64,000 bases of DNA from a candidate division WOR-3 bacterium (GCA_011052815.1 DRIG01000023.1:466-64465), one strand, 5' to 3'. Counted from the stretch's first letter, positions 29,705 through 40,650 are shown. Notes: generated from the sequence alone by a model not told the origin. Numbers and translations are program-made.

Positions 29705-31003
29705 TTAAGGAACTATATCGCGCCAGATTTTGAGTGCCTTTATTTCCTGCTCCCTCGCTTCTGTCAAACGGATCACTTCTTCCCTGCGCATTCTGTCCGA
29801 CCAGTCACCGCGGTCTTTCAGAGTAAAGTTGTAAATAACAACCTCTTGAGCCGGTTTTAAAATTTCCACCTCTTTCTGATATATGCCGGCGAGTTCATTG
29901 AGTTTATCACTCAATTCAGGGAATGTGGATTTGATTTTCTTAAGATACTCAACTGCAAGCGTTCGATCTTCAATCAACCGCTCATAGATCCAGGCGTTCG
30001 CCTGACAGGCCGTCATGAAACCATCATTGTCCATTGTTTCAAAATCGTCTGTTTGCAAACGATTTAACCAACAGTCAAATGCCGCGATTCCGGATCGATA
30101 AAGACCGTAGCTTTCGGTCGTAAGATTTTCAAAAGCGACGGCAAAAGAACGCATATGGTTTTCAAGATCCCTGGGCATATCCCCTTTACCATCAATAAAG
30201 TATACAAGCCAGGGAAACTTATCAGCGATGTCATAACCATCTCTTCGATCAAAATAGGTTCGACATATTAATTCTTCACCACCGCTTTGATATCCTGTGA
30301 TAATACCCCATTCAGGAACATCAATGAGTTCCACGGCCATAATCGGCATCCCTTCGTCGATACTGTCCATGATTTCTTTTAAGAATGCTTTCTGTCCCGC
30401 CGTGTCATCCTTCGGAACATATTTGGTGTGGTACTTTAATCCAAGAGCATCGAACGCAACTTCATCCGCTCTGTAGCCGCAGCCCGGGTCCGGTGAACTC
30501 GGACACCAATTTTCATGGAATTGAAGTCGAAATACAGTTCCCGACACCCCGCTGATATAGAGATAATCTTTTTCAATCCCAAGATGCTGTGCGATGATCT
30601 CCAAGCTGGCATGGAAACTACAATACTTTCCCGTCGACCAGTCGAGCTTCGGGATACCTCTGAGTATTACGGCATCTTTCTTATATTTAATATCAGGTAG
30701 CAGTTCTTTCAAATAAACCCCCATCTGCCCTTTCGGCAGTTTATAGCTTATATTCTTATTATCCCTGAGGATAACGACATCTACAGATTCTTTTTCGACC
30801 ACGGCTTCGAGCGTAAGGATTTGATTTGGTGTATGCGTGGGTTTACCATTATATTCAAGTACAATATCTCCTTCTCTGATCCCGGCTTGTTGTGCCGCAG
30901 ACCCTGGAATAATGCCGGTAACTACAAGTCTTGGGACTTCCGTATCAGCATAGAGAACCGGAGTCGATAATATTATGATAGTGGACAATATTAAATTCTT
31001 CAT
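29705..31003 (-). CDS. Secreted PDZ-domain protein with a papain-like (BtrH/C39-like) region
   Basis: Signal peptide; PGSAAQQAGIREGDIVLEYNG; YCSF, SGVSG..F, PEWGIITGY. Confidence 0.7.
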   Translation of the reverse strand: MKNLILSTIIILSTPVLYADTEVPRLVVTGIIPGSAAQQAGIREGDIVLEYNGKPTHTPNQILTLEAVVEKESVDVVILRDNKNISYKLPKGQMGVYLKELLPDIKYKKDAVILRGIPKLDWSTGKYCSFHASLEIIAQHLGIEKDYLYISGVSGTVFRLQFHENWCPSSPDPGCGYRADEVAFDALGLKYHTKYVPKDDTAGQKAFLKEIMDSIDEGMPIMAVELIDVPEWGIITGYQSGGEELICRTYFDRRDGYDIADKFPWLVYFIDGKGDMPRDLENHMRSFAVAFENLTTESYGLYRSGIAAFDCWLNRLQTDDFETMDNDGFMTACQANAWIYERLIEDRTLAVEYLKKIKSTFPELSDKLNELAGIYQKEVEILKPAQEVVIYNFTLKDRGDWSDRMRREEVIRLTEAREQEIKALKIWRDIVP

Positions 31004-31140
31004 TCAAGCTCCTTTGTTTAGTTTTGTCTATATATAGATTCTACCTTTATATCACTGAAAGTCAACCCCTGAGAAAATACAAAACTGAGTATTGGAATAT
31101 TTCTTCGATTTCTTTGTATAATTAAGTAAAGGAGGTAAGA

Positions 31141-32160
31141 ATGAAACGCATGCTGTTGATTCTCCTGGGGCTGTTTCTCTTCTCTGCCAGTGGAGCTGGA
31201 GAAACGACCGTCGATAAATATCTCAATGCCGTTGAAATCGGCAAACCGATTGAATATGAAAATTTGACGCTCTTTCCTCTCAAATCAAAAAAATCCCTGT
31301 CGATCCAGAGTTATGTAACCCTTGACCAGGCGACTGACAAGGGATGGATAAAGATCAAAGAACGCGGTACTGGAGAAGTAAATTATGTCGAAGTAAAGAA
31401 CAACGGTAAAAAGATGGTTTTTCTTATGACCGGCGAAATAATCAGCGGTGCAAAACAGGATCGGATGATCAATCATGATATCCTGCTGCCAGCAAACAGC
31501 GGATGGATACAGGTACCGGTATATTGTGTTGAACACGGCAGATGGACCCAGGTAACACCAGAATTCAAATCAGAAAAACTCATTGTACCCAATGCCCTGC
31601 GTCAGAAAGCGAAACTATCTGAAAGTCAAGCCGAGGTCTGGGATGAAATAAGCGCAAGCCAAACCAGAATGGGAATCGCATCAGGAACCGGTACTGTAAG
31701 AGCGAACTACGAGGATGCAGAAATCAAGAAAAAGCTCGACGAATATGTCAAAAAATTCGAAAAGGTTCCGGCTTTATCAAGTTCCACAATCGGAGTCGTT
31801 GTTACAACCGGTGACAGAATAATCTGTTTCGATATGTTCGCCAATAACGGATTGCTGAAAAAACTATGGAAGAAACTGGTGAAGTCATATGCAATGGATG
31901 CACTTGAGGGAGAAAAAGGGAATTTATCAAAAGAAGATATCAAAAAATTCCTTGAGTCCCTTAAGCACGCTGATTATATATCAACGGGCACCCCGGGCCT
32001 GGGTAGTCTTATCAAAGTCGAATCTGATTTTGGTAAAGGCTCTGCCCTGCTCTATAAATCGGCTGTTGTGCATATGGATTTTTTCCCGAACCAGGGATTC
32101 ATCGACCAGGAAGAAGAACTCGATCTCCAGTTCCGACGCGACCAGAGATTGGATGAATAG
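31141..32160 (+). CDS. ARPP-1/DUF6569-like domain protein with signal peptide
   Basis: YENLTLFPL, GEIISGAKQDRMI, VPVYCVEHGRW, SQAEVWDEI, LVKSYAMDA. Confidence 0.75.
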   Translation: MKRMLLILLGLFLFSASGAGETTVDKYLNAVEIGKPIEYENLTLFPLKSKKSLSIQSYVTLDQATDKGWIKIKERGTGEVNYVEVKNNGKKMVFLMTGEIISGAKQDRMINHDILLPANSGWIQVPVYCVEHGRWTQVTPEFKSEKLIVPNALRQKAKLSESQAEVWDEISASQTRMGIASGTGTVRANYEDAEIKKKLDEYVKKFEKVPALSSSTIGVVVTTGDRIICFDMFANNGLLKKLWKKLVKSYAMDALEGEKGNLSKEDIKKFLESLKHADYISTGTPGLGSLIKVESDFGKGSALLYKSAVVHMDFFPNQGFIDQEEELDLQFRRDQRLDE

Positions 32161-32253
32161 CCGGTGGATCGTTTAATATTCCTTTCGCAGCTTGACAAAT
32201 CATTGAAATTTATTATAGTGATATAGAATAAGCAGATGTGGAGGTAAGAAACC

Positions 32254-32736
32254 ATGGCTAAAAAACGCAAAACCTGGCGTGAAAAACTGGCTGGCAGCAA
32301 AGATCTTCCACGCGTTGAAAAAATAACACCGAAGATGGCGGGTAGATGGGGGACAAAATCCGGTGACACCGTGGTGATCCCCGCCCCCAAAGAAGTGGAT
32401 GAGATAATGAAAAAAGTTCCACAAGGAAAATTAATTACGATTAACCAGATTCGTGAAATCGTCGCCCAGAGACACAAAGCGACGATAGGCTGTCCGATCA
32501 CCTGTGGAATCTTCGCAAGAATCGCAGCCGGTGCGGCAGATGAAGAAGCGAAAGAGGGAAAGAAGAAGATTACTCCTTATTGGCGGACGCTGAAAGCCGG
32601 CGGTGTGATAAACGAAAAATACCCCGGTGGAGTAACGGCGCAAAAGAAACTTCTGGAAAAAGAAGGACATAAGATAATTAAAAAGGGTAAAAAGTATGTA
32701 GTTGTTGATTTTGAAAAGCATCTGGTTAAATTATGA
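32254..32736 (+). CDS. MGMT-family / alkyltransferase-like DNA-binding protein
   Basis: VPQGKLIT, PYWR in place of PCHR, QKKLLEKEG. Confidence 0.75.
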   Translation: MAKKRKTWREKLAGSKDLPRVEKITPKMAGRWGTKSGDTVVIPAPKEVDEIMKKVPQGKLITINQIREIVAQRHKATIGCPITCGIFARIAAGAADEEAKEGKKKITPYWRTLKAGGVINEKYPGGVTAQKKLLEKEGHKIIKKGKKYVVVDFEKHLVKL

Positions 32737-32829
32737 GCGACGTGTGCGACGTGGAAATATATAAATTTACTTTATCTCTTGCAACGTTGTATTGACAAAA
32801 GAATATTTTTCTGTATAATAAGAATCGAT

Positions 32830-32901
32830 CGCGGGGTGGAGCAGCGGTAGCTCATTGGGCTCATAACCCAAAGGTCGCTGGTTCGAATCCAGCCCCCGCT
32901 A
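32830..32901 (+). tRNA. tRNA-fMet (CAT), initiator
   Basis: C1:U72 mismatch, three G:C pairs in the anticodon stem (TTGGG CT CAT AA CCCAA), GTTCGAATC T-loop; CCA not encoded; promoter TTGACA-N16-TATAAT at 32792-32819. Confidence 0.95.
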
Positions 32902-32924
32902 TTTTTTTTACAGAGAAATAACCG

Positions 32925-33659
32925 TCAAATCTGTCTGTAAGCGGCGAGGATTTTGCAGATACCTGCAATAGCCGCGGTTTCACTGCGAAGTCTGTTCTCA
33001 CCGAGATTCAATAAACCAACACCCCCATTCCGGAATTGAGTGATTTCGTCCGGAGTGAATCCTCCCTCAGGTCCGACAATATAAAGAAGCGACTTTAAAA
33101 AAAGCGGGATCTCATCGCCACCCGACATATCAGCCACACACACATACGCAAAATCCTGGAACTTTTCTATCAATCCGTCCAGTCCACCACAGGGAACGAT
33201 ATGTGGTAAATGATATTGTCGTGATTGAAGCATTGCACCCCTTGCAATCTTCTCAAAACGCTCGATCTTTTTCTGGCTCAGCCGACGTACAACAGAAAAT
33301 CTGGAGATAAACGGAAAAAAGATTCTCACGCCGAGTTCTGTACCTTTTTCAATAATAAATTCATTTCTTGTCCCTTTTAAAGGAACAAAAGCAAGTCCCA
33401 GATTCAAACTTCCTTTCTGCGGCATATATTTCGTCTCCAGAATTTCAGTGATTATCTTCGAACGTTCAATATCCACAATCTCTGCTTTATATCTATTCCC
33501 CTGACCGTCGGTTACAAAAACAACATCGCCGATCTTTTTCCGTAAAACATTCTTGAGGTGATGTACTGTATCCCCGCTCAGAATTATCTGTCGGGATGAG
33601 ATCTTCTCCGGCGGAGAAAAAAATAAATTATGAATCCAATCTGCCGTTTCTTCCTTCAT
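32925..33659 (-). CDS. rsmE: 16S rRNA m3U1498 methyltransferase
   Basis: HHLKNVLR, EKGTELG, VGPEGGF, LRSETA. Confidence 0.94.
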   Translation of the reverse strand: MKEETADWIHNLFFSPPEKISSRQIILSGDTVHHLKNVLRKKIGDVVFVTDGQGNRYKAEIVDIERSKIITEILETKYMPQKGSLNLGLAFVPLKGTRNEFIIEKGTELGVRIFFPFISRFSVVRRLSQKKIERFEKIARGAMLQSRQYHLPHIVPCGGLDGLIEKFQDFAYVCVADMSGGDEIPLFLKSLLYIVGPEGGFTPDEITQFRNGGVGLLNLGENRLRSETAAIAGICKILAAYRQI

Positions 33660-33684
33660 AAATCGGACAGATATTCAGGGGAAA

Positions 33685-34791
33685 CTATTGAGTCCTCTTT
33701 CGCGGAACCGATTCCCCTTCGTACTGACTGAGTTCTTCGAGTATCTTATGTAAATTTTTATCGCGACTCTTCAACGGTTTCAAATCAAGTTCCACATATA
33801 AATCACCATGACCACCATCCGGTCGGGGCATACCTTTTCCTTTTATACGAATGATCTCAGGAGCACTGCTGCCCCTGGGTACTTTAACCCGTTCTTTCTT
33901 GCCGTTGAGACTCGGGATGTCGATAGATCCTCCGTTCGCCAAAGTGGAATACGGCGTGAGCATTCTTAAGTACAGGTCATAACCTCTTCTCTCAAAAAAC
34001 TGATGGGGTTTTTCTTCAAACTCCACGATGATATTACCCTTACCACCCAGACCATAATGTCCTTCACCACGCAGTACAATATATTGACCGTTTGCTATTC
34101 CCTGGGGAATTTTTATCTCGATGGTGCGTGTTTTTTTGAGCCTTCCTGAACCCCGGCATTTGGTACACGGGTTCTTTATGATCTTTCCCTGACCATGGCA
34201 TCTCGGGCAGGTTGAAACGCTCGTGAACGTACCGAAGAAACTGCGCGTCTGGGTCCTCACCTGACCCCGGCCTCCACACTGGGGACAGTCCACCAAATCA
34301 GTACCTCCCTGACCGCGGCATACCGGACACGCCTCATAACGATCGATCTTGAATTTCTTTTTTGTTCTGTTGACGATATCCTCCAGGGTCACCCGGAGAA
34401 TAACGTGGATGTCACCGCCCTTTCTCGGTCGGTACCGGTCCGCCCTCCTGCCGCCGCCGAAGAACTCTTCGAAGATCGAACCGCCGAACAGATTACCGAG
34501 AATATCCTGCAGGTCATCAAAATGAGTGAAATCATCCCAGGAGAATCCTCTACCCCGGAAAGTCTGTGAAACCCCTTCATGGCCGTACTGGTCATAGAGC
34601 TGCCTTTTCTGGGGATCCATCAGAACTTCATAAGCCTCTGAAACCTCCTTGAATTTCTCTTCCGCCTCCGCTTTATTACCGGGGTTCATATCGGGATGAT
34701 ACTGTTTCGCCTTCTGACGATAAGCCTTCTTTATCTCCTCGGCAGAGGCGTTTCTGGAAACCCCCAGTATTTCATAATAATCTTTCTTCAT
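33685..34791 (-). CDS. dnaJ: Chaperone DnaJ
   Basis: J domain with HPD, G/F region, four CxxCxGxG repeats. Confidence 0.98.
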   Translation of the reverse strand: MKKDYYEILGVSRNASAEEIKKAYRQKAKQYHPDMNPGNKAEAEEKFKEVSEAYEVLMDPQKRQLYDQYGHEGVSQTFRGRGFSWDDFTHFDDLQDILGNLFGGSIFEEFFGGGRRADRYRPRKGGDIHVILRVTLEDIVNRTKKKFKIDRYEACPVCRGQGGTDLVDCPQCGGRGQVRTQTRSFFGTFTSVSTCPRCHGQGKIIKNPCTKCRGSGRLKKTRTIEIKIPQGIANGQYIVLRGEGHYGLGGKGNIIVEFEEKPHQFFERRGYDLYLRMLTPYSTLANGGSIDIPSLNGKKERVKVPRGSSAPEIIRIKGKGMPRPDGGHGDLYVELDLKPLKSRDKNLHKILEELSQYEGESVPRKRTQ

Positions 34792-34860
34792 AATTTCATC
34801 TTTATCAACCTCTGTTCTACATAAAAATTATCTTCGGCCGTTGTCTATCTCTTTTCAGAT

Positions 34861-36801
34861 TTATTTGTTTTCCTCCTCCTCATCAACGACCCGATAATCA
34901 GCTCCGCCGTCTCCTTCTGAAGCCTGCCGCGGCTCTTGTTTCGGCGGTTCCTGAGGTTGTTCCGGACCCGGCGCCTGATGCTGTTGCTGTTGTGCCTGGG
35001 CAGCCTCCCGATAAACCGCTTCAGACAATTTATATACAGACTGCTGCAGGTCATCCATCGCCTGTTTGATCGCCGCAACGTTATTGCTGTCTTTTTTACT
35101 CTTCAGTTCATCGAGTTTTTTATTGATTTCGCTTCTGTCTTCAAAAGAAATCTTTTCACCGTAGTCTTTAAGGGTCTTTTCCACCGAATATATAACTGCA
35201 TCCGCCTGGTTTCTGATATCGATCAATTCCTTTTGCTTCTTGTCTTCGGCTGCATGTTCTTCAGCTTCCCGCACCATTCGATCCACTTCTTCTTTTGTCA
35301 AACCGCTTGAAGCCGTAATACGGATCTTCTGTTCTTTGCCGGTTCCCATGTCTTTTGCCGAAACGTGAAGAATACCGTCGGCGTCGATATCAAATGTGAC
35401 TTCGATCTGCGGTATGCCGCGCGGCGCCGGTGGGATACCGTAAAGGTCGAACTTACCGAGTGTTCGGTTCTGACTCGCCATTGTTCTTTCACCCTGAAGC
35501 ACGTGGATCGTCACTGCGGTCTGATTATCCTCGGCGGTGCTGAAGATCTGTGATTTCTTCGTCGGTATCGTGGTATTCCGTGGAATGATCTGGGTCATGA
35601 CACCACCCAATGTCTCGATACCGAGAGTCAACGGTGTCACGTCGAGGAGAAGAATATCTTTTTTCTCACCGCTCAGAACCGCACCCTGTATCGCAGCTCC
35701 TACGGCAACGACCTCATCCGGATTAATCCCTTTATGGGGTTCTTTCCCGAACAACTCCGTCACCAGCTGCTGAACCTTGGGCATCCTTGTCTGACCTCCC
35801 ACGAGAACGACTTCATTGATGTCTGCGGGAGTGAGCTTCGCATCAGCGAGCGCTTGTTTGCACGGCGGCATTGAACGTTGTATCAAATCCTCAACCAGGG
35901 ACTCGAGTTTTGCACGCGTGATTTTCATCTCTAAATGAAGTGGTGTCTTATCCTTACCTGATGCGATAAAAGGTAAACTTATCGTCGTCTCCATCACTGA
36001 CGAAAGCTCGCACTTCGCCTTCTCCGCCGCCTCTTTCATCCTCTGCAGTGCGGTAAGATCCTTGCGTAAATCGATCTCGTGTTCCTTCATAAACTCATCA
36101 GCGATGTAATTCATTATCCGTTCATCAAGATCATCACCGCCCAGGTGAGTATCACCGTTTGTCGACTTGACTTCAAAAACACCTTCACCTATTTCAAGAA
36201 TTGAAATATCAAATGTTCCACCACCGAAGTCATAGACTGCGATCTTTTCATTCTTCTTCTTTTCAAGGCCGTATGCCAAGGAAGAAGCCGTCGGCTCATT
36301 GATGATACGCAACACCTCAAGTCCGGCGATCCTTCCTGCATCCTTTGTCGCCTGACGCTGGGAATCATTAAAATACGCCGGTACCGTAATAACCGCCTTG
36401 GTCACCTTTTCTCCAAGATACTGCTCTGCCGCCTGCTTAAGATACTGCAAGATCATCGCTGAAATTTCCGGTGGAGAATAGCGTTTTCCCTGCACTTCCA
36501 CCCAGGCGTCACCGTTATCATGTTCGACAATCTTAAAAGGGAAACGGGCGACCTCATTTTCCACTTCTTTAAACCGTCTGCCCATAAAACGTTTTATCGA
36601 ATATATCGTATTTTCGGGATTGGTTATCGCCTGACGCTTTGCCAGAGGACCGACCAATCTCTCACCCGTCTTTGTGAAAGCCACCACCGACGGCGTGGTT
36701 CTGCCGCCTTCCGGGTTTGGAATGACAATAGGTTGACCGCCTTCCATGACTGCGACACATGAATTTGTTGTTCCTAAATCAATCCCTATTATTTTCGGCA
36801 T
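34861..36801 (-). CDS. dnaK: Chaperone DnaK
   Basis: [26 protein letters not shown]; start moved to ATG 36801 behind AAGGAGG. Confidence 0.99.
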   Translation of the reverse strand: MPKIIGIDLGTTNSCVAVMEGGQPIVIPNPEGGRTTPSVVAFTKTGERLVGPLAKRQAITNPENTIYSIKRFMGRRFKEVENEVARFPFKIVEHDNGDAWVEVQGKRYSPPEISAMILQYLKQAAEQYLGEKVTKAVITVPAYFNDSQRQATKDAGRIAGLEVLRIINEPTASSLAYGLEKKKNEKIAVYDFGGGTFDISILEIGEGVFEVKSTNGDTHLGGDDLDERIMNYIADEFMKEHEIDLRKDLTALQRMKEAAEKAKCELSSVMETTISLPFIASGKDKTPLHLEMKITRAKLESLVEDLIQRSMPPCKQALADAKLTPADINEVVLVGGQTRMPKVQQLVTELFGKEPHKGINPDEVVAVGAAIQGAVLSGEKKDILLLDVTPLTLGIETLGGVMTQIIPRNTTIPTKKSQIFSTAEDNQTAVTIHVLQGERTMASQNRTLGKFDLYGIPPAPRGIPQIEVTFDIDADGILHVSAKDMGTGKEQKIRITASSGLTKEEVDRMVREAEEHAAEDKKQKELIDIRNQADAVIYSVEKTLKDYGEKISFEDRSEINKKLDELKSKKDSNNVAAIKQAMDDLQQSVYKLSEAVYREAAQAQQQQHQAPGPEQPQEPPKQEPRQASEGDGGADYRVVDEEEENK

Positions 36802-37300
36802 CTTCTTGACCTCCTTTCTTCTGTTTGGAGACAAAAACCTTCGCGGGTTTTACAATCTGGTCATCCACAATATATCCCTTGCTGACTTCCTCCACAACCA
36901 TATCCTCTGGATGTTCATCCGTGGCGATCGTCGCAACCGCTTCATGTCGGCTCGGGTCAAAGACTTCACCGAGTCCTGAAAACTCAATAAGTCCCATTGA
37001 CTTCAGTGATTCCTTTAACTGCCGCTGGATAATCTCCATTCCTTTATAAAAATTATCAAAATTTTCCGATACCTCGGCACTGCTCAACGCCCTGTCAAAA
37101 CTGTCGAGCACCGGAATAAGTTTTCTTATGAACTCAACCTTACATGACCTTCTGTAATTAGCCATCTCCTTCTGCATAAGCTTACGATAGTTATCCAGTT
37201 CCGCCACCGCACGAAGATATTTATCATTGAGTTCTTTCACCTCATCCATCTTTTCTTTGAGTTCTTCTTTTAGCCTGGTAACCGGACCTTTTCTCTTCAT
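36779..37300 (-). CDS. grpE: Nucleotide exchange factor GrpE
   Basis: [25 protein letters not shown]....VKPAKV. Confidence 0.96.
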   Translation of the reverse strand: MKRKGPVTRLKEELKEKMDEVKELNDKYLRAVAELDNYRKLMQKEMANYRRSCKVEFIRKLIPVLDSFDRALSSAEVSENFDNFYKGMEIIQRQLKESLKSMGLIEFSGLGEVFDPSRHEAVATIATDEHPEDMVVEEVSKGYIVDDQIVKPAKVFVSKQKKGGQEDAENNRD

Positions 37301-37410
37301 TTTATCTCCTTAACAGAAATATATCTTGCTCCAAAATTTAGACATTAAACCATTCCTTAAAGTTTATCGGGTAACTACCATAAAAAACAGAATAAAACAA
37401 TATAATCTCC

Positions 37411-38139
37411 TCACCGTCCCACAAGTAATCTATCAGCAAGGGATTCAGGCAATCCCGCATCAATGACCTTTTGCTGGGCAAGCGGAATATTGTAATCCAG
37501 GCGTACGATTTCGATCGTCTTTTTATTGCCGTCGTAAATGGCATAACTCGCTCTCGGATCGAGGTCTCTCGGTTGCCCCACACTACCCACATTCACGATA
37601 TATCTCCTGTTTTCAAGCAGAGGAAAAGGGTTGTCCCGTAAAAAATCAGTATAACCGTTGGCATCCTGGAATACTGCACCGGGGATATGTGAATGGCCTA
37701 TAAAACATATCTGAGTCTTGTAATACCGGAACTGCTTTTTGAAGTTTTCCAAGGAAAAGAGATAATTCCATTTTGAAGGATCGCCAGGTGAAGCATGGAC
37801 CAAGAAGAGATTGGCGGTCGTTTCCATAAGTTTCAGTTTTCTCAATCTGGCGAGATTATTGCTGCTCGTGTGCTCCTGGGTCCATCTTATGGCTTCGGCT
37901 GCAACAGGATTAAACAGTGTTACATCGGTCTTATCGATCGCCGCCCAGTCGTGATTTCCCGCTATGGTAATCTTCGCTTCTTTAAGACATAGCTCTATAC
38001 ACTCATTGGGATTCGCTCCATAACCAACCAGATCGCCGAGGCAGAAGATATTTTTTATTCTCCTCTTCTTTATGTCCTTAACAACTGCCTGTAAGGCTTC
38101 TAAATTTGAATGGATATCACTGATTATCGCTGCTTTCAT
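37411..38139 (-). CDS. Calcineurin-like metallophosphoesterase
   Basis: DIH, GDLVGYG, GNHD, GHSH, NVGSVGQPRD. Confidence 0.92.
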   Translation of the reverse strand: MKAAIISDIHSNLEALQAVVKDIKKRRIKNIFCLGDLVGYGANPNECIELCLKEAKITIAGNHDWAAIDKTDVTLFNPVAAEAIRWTQEHTSSNNLARLRKLKLMETTANLFLVHASPGDPSKWNYLFSLENFKKQFRYYKTQICFIGHSHIPGAVFQDANGYTDFLRDNPFPLLENRRYIVNVGSVGQPRDLDPRASYAIYDGNKKTIEIVRLDYNIPLAQQKVIDAGLPESLADRLLVGR

Positions 38140-38533
38140 AATTCTTTTTTACGGCATCAAGGACCCCATTGACGAACTTACCGGAATCTCCTCCTCCGTA
38201 TTTCTTTGCGATTTCAATCGCCTCATTGATTGAAACCTGAGGCGGGATATCTTTAAAATATAAGATCTCACAAGTACCGAGCCGTAGAATAATTTTATCG
38301 ATGACTGAAACCCGATCAAAGGGCCAGTTTTCCAGAACATTAATGATCTGCTCGTCGATTGTCTTTAAATTATCTATCGTCATCTCCACCAATTCCCTGG
38401 AAAATTTCTTATCTTCCTCGGCATATTGTTTCGCCTCCAATACAGAATCCAGTACCTTCGACAATTCCCTGTCTCCTTCTTCATAACGATAAAGGATCTT
38501 CAACGCAAGTTCACGCGATAATCTCCGACCCAT
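38117..38533 (-). CDS. nusB: Transcription antitermination factor NusB
   Basis: RRLSRELAL, INEAIEIAKKY, FVNGVLD. Confidence 0.96.
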   Translation of the reverse strand: MGRRLSRELALKILYRYEEGDRELSKVLDSVLEAKQYAEEDKKFSRELVEMTIDNLKTIDEQIINVLENWPFDRVSVIDKIILRLGTCEILYFKDIPPQVSINEAIEIAKKYGGGDSGKFVNGVLDAVKKNYESSDNQ

Positions 38534-38582
38534 TTAAGCTGTCCCGTCAGAAAATTTCATTCCACGGCAGGGAACAAATCCA

Positions 38583-39059
38583 TCAACGTTTTCCAACAGG
38601 TTTTATCTTCGCGTAAAGGTCTGCAAGCTCCAGGCCGGTCATCGCCGCATCCCAACCTTTATTTCCGAGCTTGGTACCCGCCCGATCAACCGCCTGATCA
38701 ACAGTATCAGCCGTAATAATACCATAAACCAGGGGAGTGCCGTCTTCAAGGTTTAATGCGGCAATACCCTTTGTCACCTCATTTGCGATATAATCAAAAT
38801 GAGGTGTATCTCCTCTGATGACCGCTCCGAGACAGAGAACGCAGTCATATTTCAATTTCCTGACGCGAAGTGCGACACCCGGTATCTCAAAACTTCCCGG
38901 AGTCCAGTAAACCGTCACATCTTCTTCCCTGACACCGTGTCGACGCAGACAATCATATGCTCCTTCGAGTAATCTCTTGGAGATAAACTCATTAAAACGT
39001 GAAATCACTATCGCGAACTTTCTGCCCTTGCCTGAAAGATGTCCCTTGATTTCCTCCAT
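38583..39059 (-). CDS. ribH: 6,7-dimethyl-8-ribityllumazine synthase
   Basis: SRFN, PGSFEIP, GAVIRGDTPHFDY, GNKG; start ATG 39059 with GGAGG SD. Confidence 0.96.
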   Translation of the reverse strand: MEEIKGHLSGKGRKFAIVISRFNEFISKRLLEGAYDCLRRHGVREEDVTVYWTPGSFEIPGVALRVRKLKYDCVLCLGAVIRGDTPHFDYIANEVTKGIAALNLEDGTPLVYGIITADTVDQAVDRAGTKLGNKGWDAAMTGLELADLYAKIKPVGKR

Positions 39060-39073
39060 TCTATGCCTCCTCA

Positions 39074-40345
39074 TTATTTTCTTCGCTTCTTTCCTTTCTT
39101 CCTCTTCTTTTTTTCTGTTCTTTTCCTGGAATTTTCAACTCTTAAAAAGGCTGAATCAGGAATCAAATGACCAAGCTTTTCCCTCTTTGTCCTTAAATAC
39201 CTCACATTTCCTTTATGAACCACATAAATAGGAATCTGTTTGGTCACTTTCAAACCGTATCCTTCCAGACCGATGATTTTTTTGGGATTATTGGTTAAAA
39301 GCCTCACCGAGGATAATCCCAGATCACAGAGGATTTGAGCACCGATACCATAATCCCTCAAATCCGCATCAAATCCCAGGGCAAGATTTGCTTCAACAGT
39401 ATCAAGCCCTTTATCCTGTAATTTATACGCCTTCAGTTTGTTCACCAGCCCGATTCCTCTTCCTTCCTGCCTCATATAAAGAAAAACCCCTTTTTTCTCT
39501 TTGGCGATAAGCCGCAGGGCTGCATCCATCTGATCACCACAATCACACCTCAAGGAATGGAATACATCACCGGTAAGGCACTGAGAATGAACCCTCACCA
39601 GAATATTCTTTCCTCCCTTAACATTACCGAGTACCAGGGCGATATGATGATCCCTGGTTACTGTATCCTCAAACATAATCAACCTGAATTCCGCATACTT
39701 TGTCGGCAATCTCGTTTCCAGAACACGCTCCACCAGTTTCTCTTTTTGTCGGCGGTATTCAATCAAGTCTTTAATGGTTATAATCTTTAAATGAAACCGC
39801 CGGGCGATCTTCTTCAGCTCAGGCAGCCGCGCCATTGTTCCGTCAGAACTCAGAATTTCACACAGCACACCGGCGGGATAAAAACCGGCAAGCCGGGCAA
39901 GATCCACACTCGCTTCAGTATGGCCTGCACGGCGCAGAACACCGCCGTCCACGGCACGCAGCGGAAAGATATGGCCGGGTCGGGCAAAGTCAGAGGGTTT
40001 TGTCTTTTTGTCGATCAGGGCCTTTACTGTCCGCGCCCGATCAAAAGCGGAAATTCCGGTGGTCGTCCCCTTCTTTACATCAACACTGACTGTAAACGGT
40101 GTTCCGTGCAGAGCCGTATTCTCCTCGACCATAATGGGAATCTCCAACTCCTCAAGTCGCTCCTGCTTCATCGGAACACAGATCAAGCCGCGTCCGTACT
40201 TTGCCATAAAATTTATCAATTTCGGCGTTACCTTCTCCGCAGCGGCGATAAAATCGCCTTCATTCTCCCGATTTTCATCATCGACGACAATCACCGGCTT
40301 TCCCTTCTTTATCTCCTTAATACCCTCTTCAATGCTCGAGACCAT
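39074..40345 (-). CDS. ribBA: Bifunctional DHBP synthase / GTP cyclohydrolase II
   Basis: [40 protein letters not shown]; leaderless promoter TTGACT-N16-TACAAT. Confidence 0.97.
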   Translation of the reverse strand: MVSSIEEGIKEIKKGKPVIVVDDENRENEGDFIAAAEKVTPKLINFMAKYGRGLICVPMKQERLEELEIPIMVEENTALHGTPFTVSVDVKKGTTTGISAFDRARTVKALIDKKTKPSDFARPGHIFPLRAVDGGVLRRAGHTEASVDLARLAGFYPAGVLCEILSSDGTMARLPELKKIARRFHLKIITIKDLIEYRRQKEKLVERVLETRLPTKYAEFRLIMFEDTVTRDHHIALVLGNVKGGKNILVRVHSQCLTGDVFHSLRCDCGDQMDAALRLIAKEKKGVFLYMRQEGRGIGLVNKLKAYKLQDKGLDTVEANLALGFDADLRDYGIGAQILCDLGLSSVRLLTNNPKKIIGLEGYGLKVTKQIPIYVVHKGNVRYLRTKREKLGHLIPDSAFLRVENSRKRTEKKKRKKGKKRRK

Positions 40346-40392
40346 AACTAATATTGTATTAAAATTAAAGAAAAAGTCAACTATAATTTTGG

Positions 40393-40627
40393 CTGACTCC
40401 TCTCCACTTTTTTATCATCCCTCCGCCCGCTCTTTTGTCATTCTGAAGGAGTCTGCCCCAAGCAGACGACTGAAGAATCCCAATGACTAATGACTGATAA
40501 AGATTCTTCGTTTCACTCAGAATGACAGAGAAAGAAGGTAAACTCAGACGTTGTCCTGAGTGTAACGAAGGAATGATAGAGAAAGAAGGATCTTTAAATA
40601 AAAACAAAAAAAGTGGAGAGGAATCAG
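40393..40627. mobile_element. 235-bp non-autonomous MITE
   Basis: TIRs CTGACTCCTCTCCACTTTTTT / AAAAAAGTGGAGAGGAATCAG (20/21); 9-bp direct repeat TAATTTTGG at 40384-40392 and 40628-40636. Confidence 0.85.
40436..40589. repeat. REP-like palindromes inside the MITE
   Basis: TGTCATTCTGA (40436) pairs with TCAGAATGACA (40517); GAAGAATC pairs with GATTCTTC; direct repeat GAATGAYAGAGAAAGAAGG at 40520 and 40571. Confidence 0.75.
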
Positions 40628-40650
40628 TAATTTTGGAAGTACACCCGGGA

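Noticed and set aside
32740-32790. GCGACGTG doublet and TGCAACGTTGTA palindrome before the tRNA-fMet promoter
   Set aside because: Too short to distinguish from chance
37301-37410. CIRCE/HrcA control of grpE-dnaK-dnaJ
   Set aside because: No TTAGCACTC-N9-GAGTGCTAA and no hrcA in the window
40346-40640. FMN riboswitch upstream of ribBA
   Set aside because: The promoter is leaderless and the upstream structure is explained by the MITE
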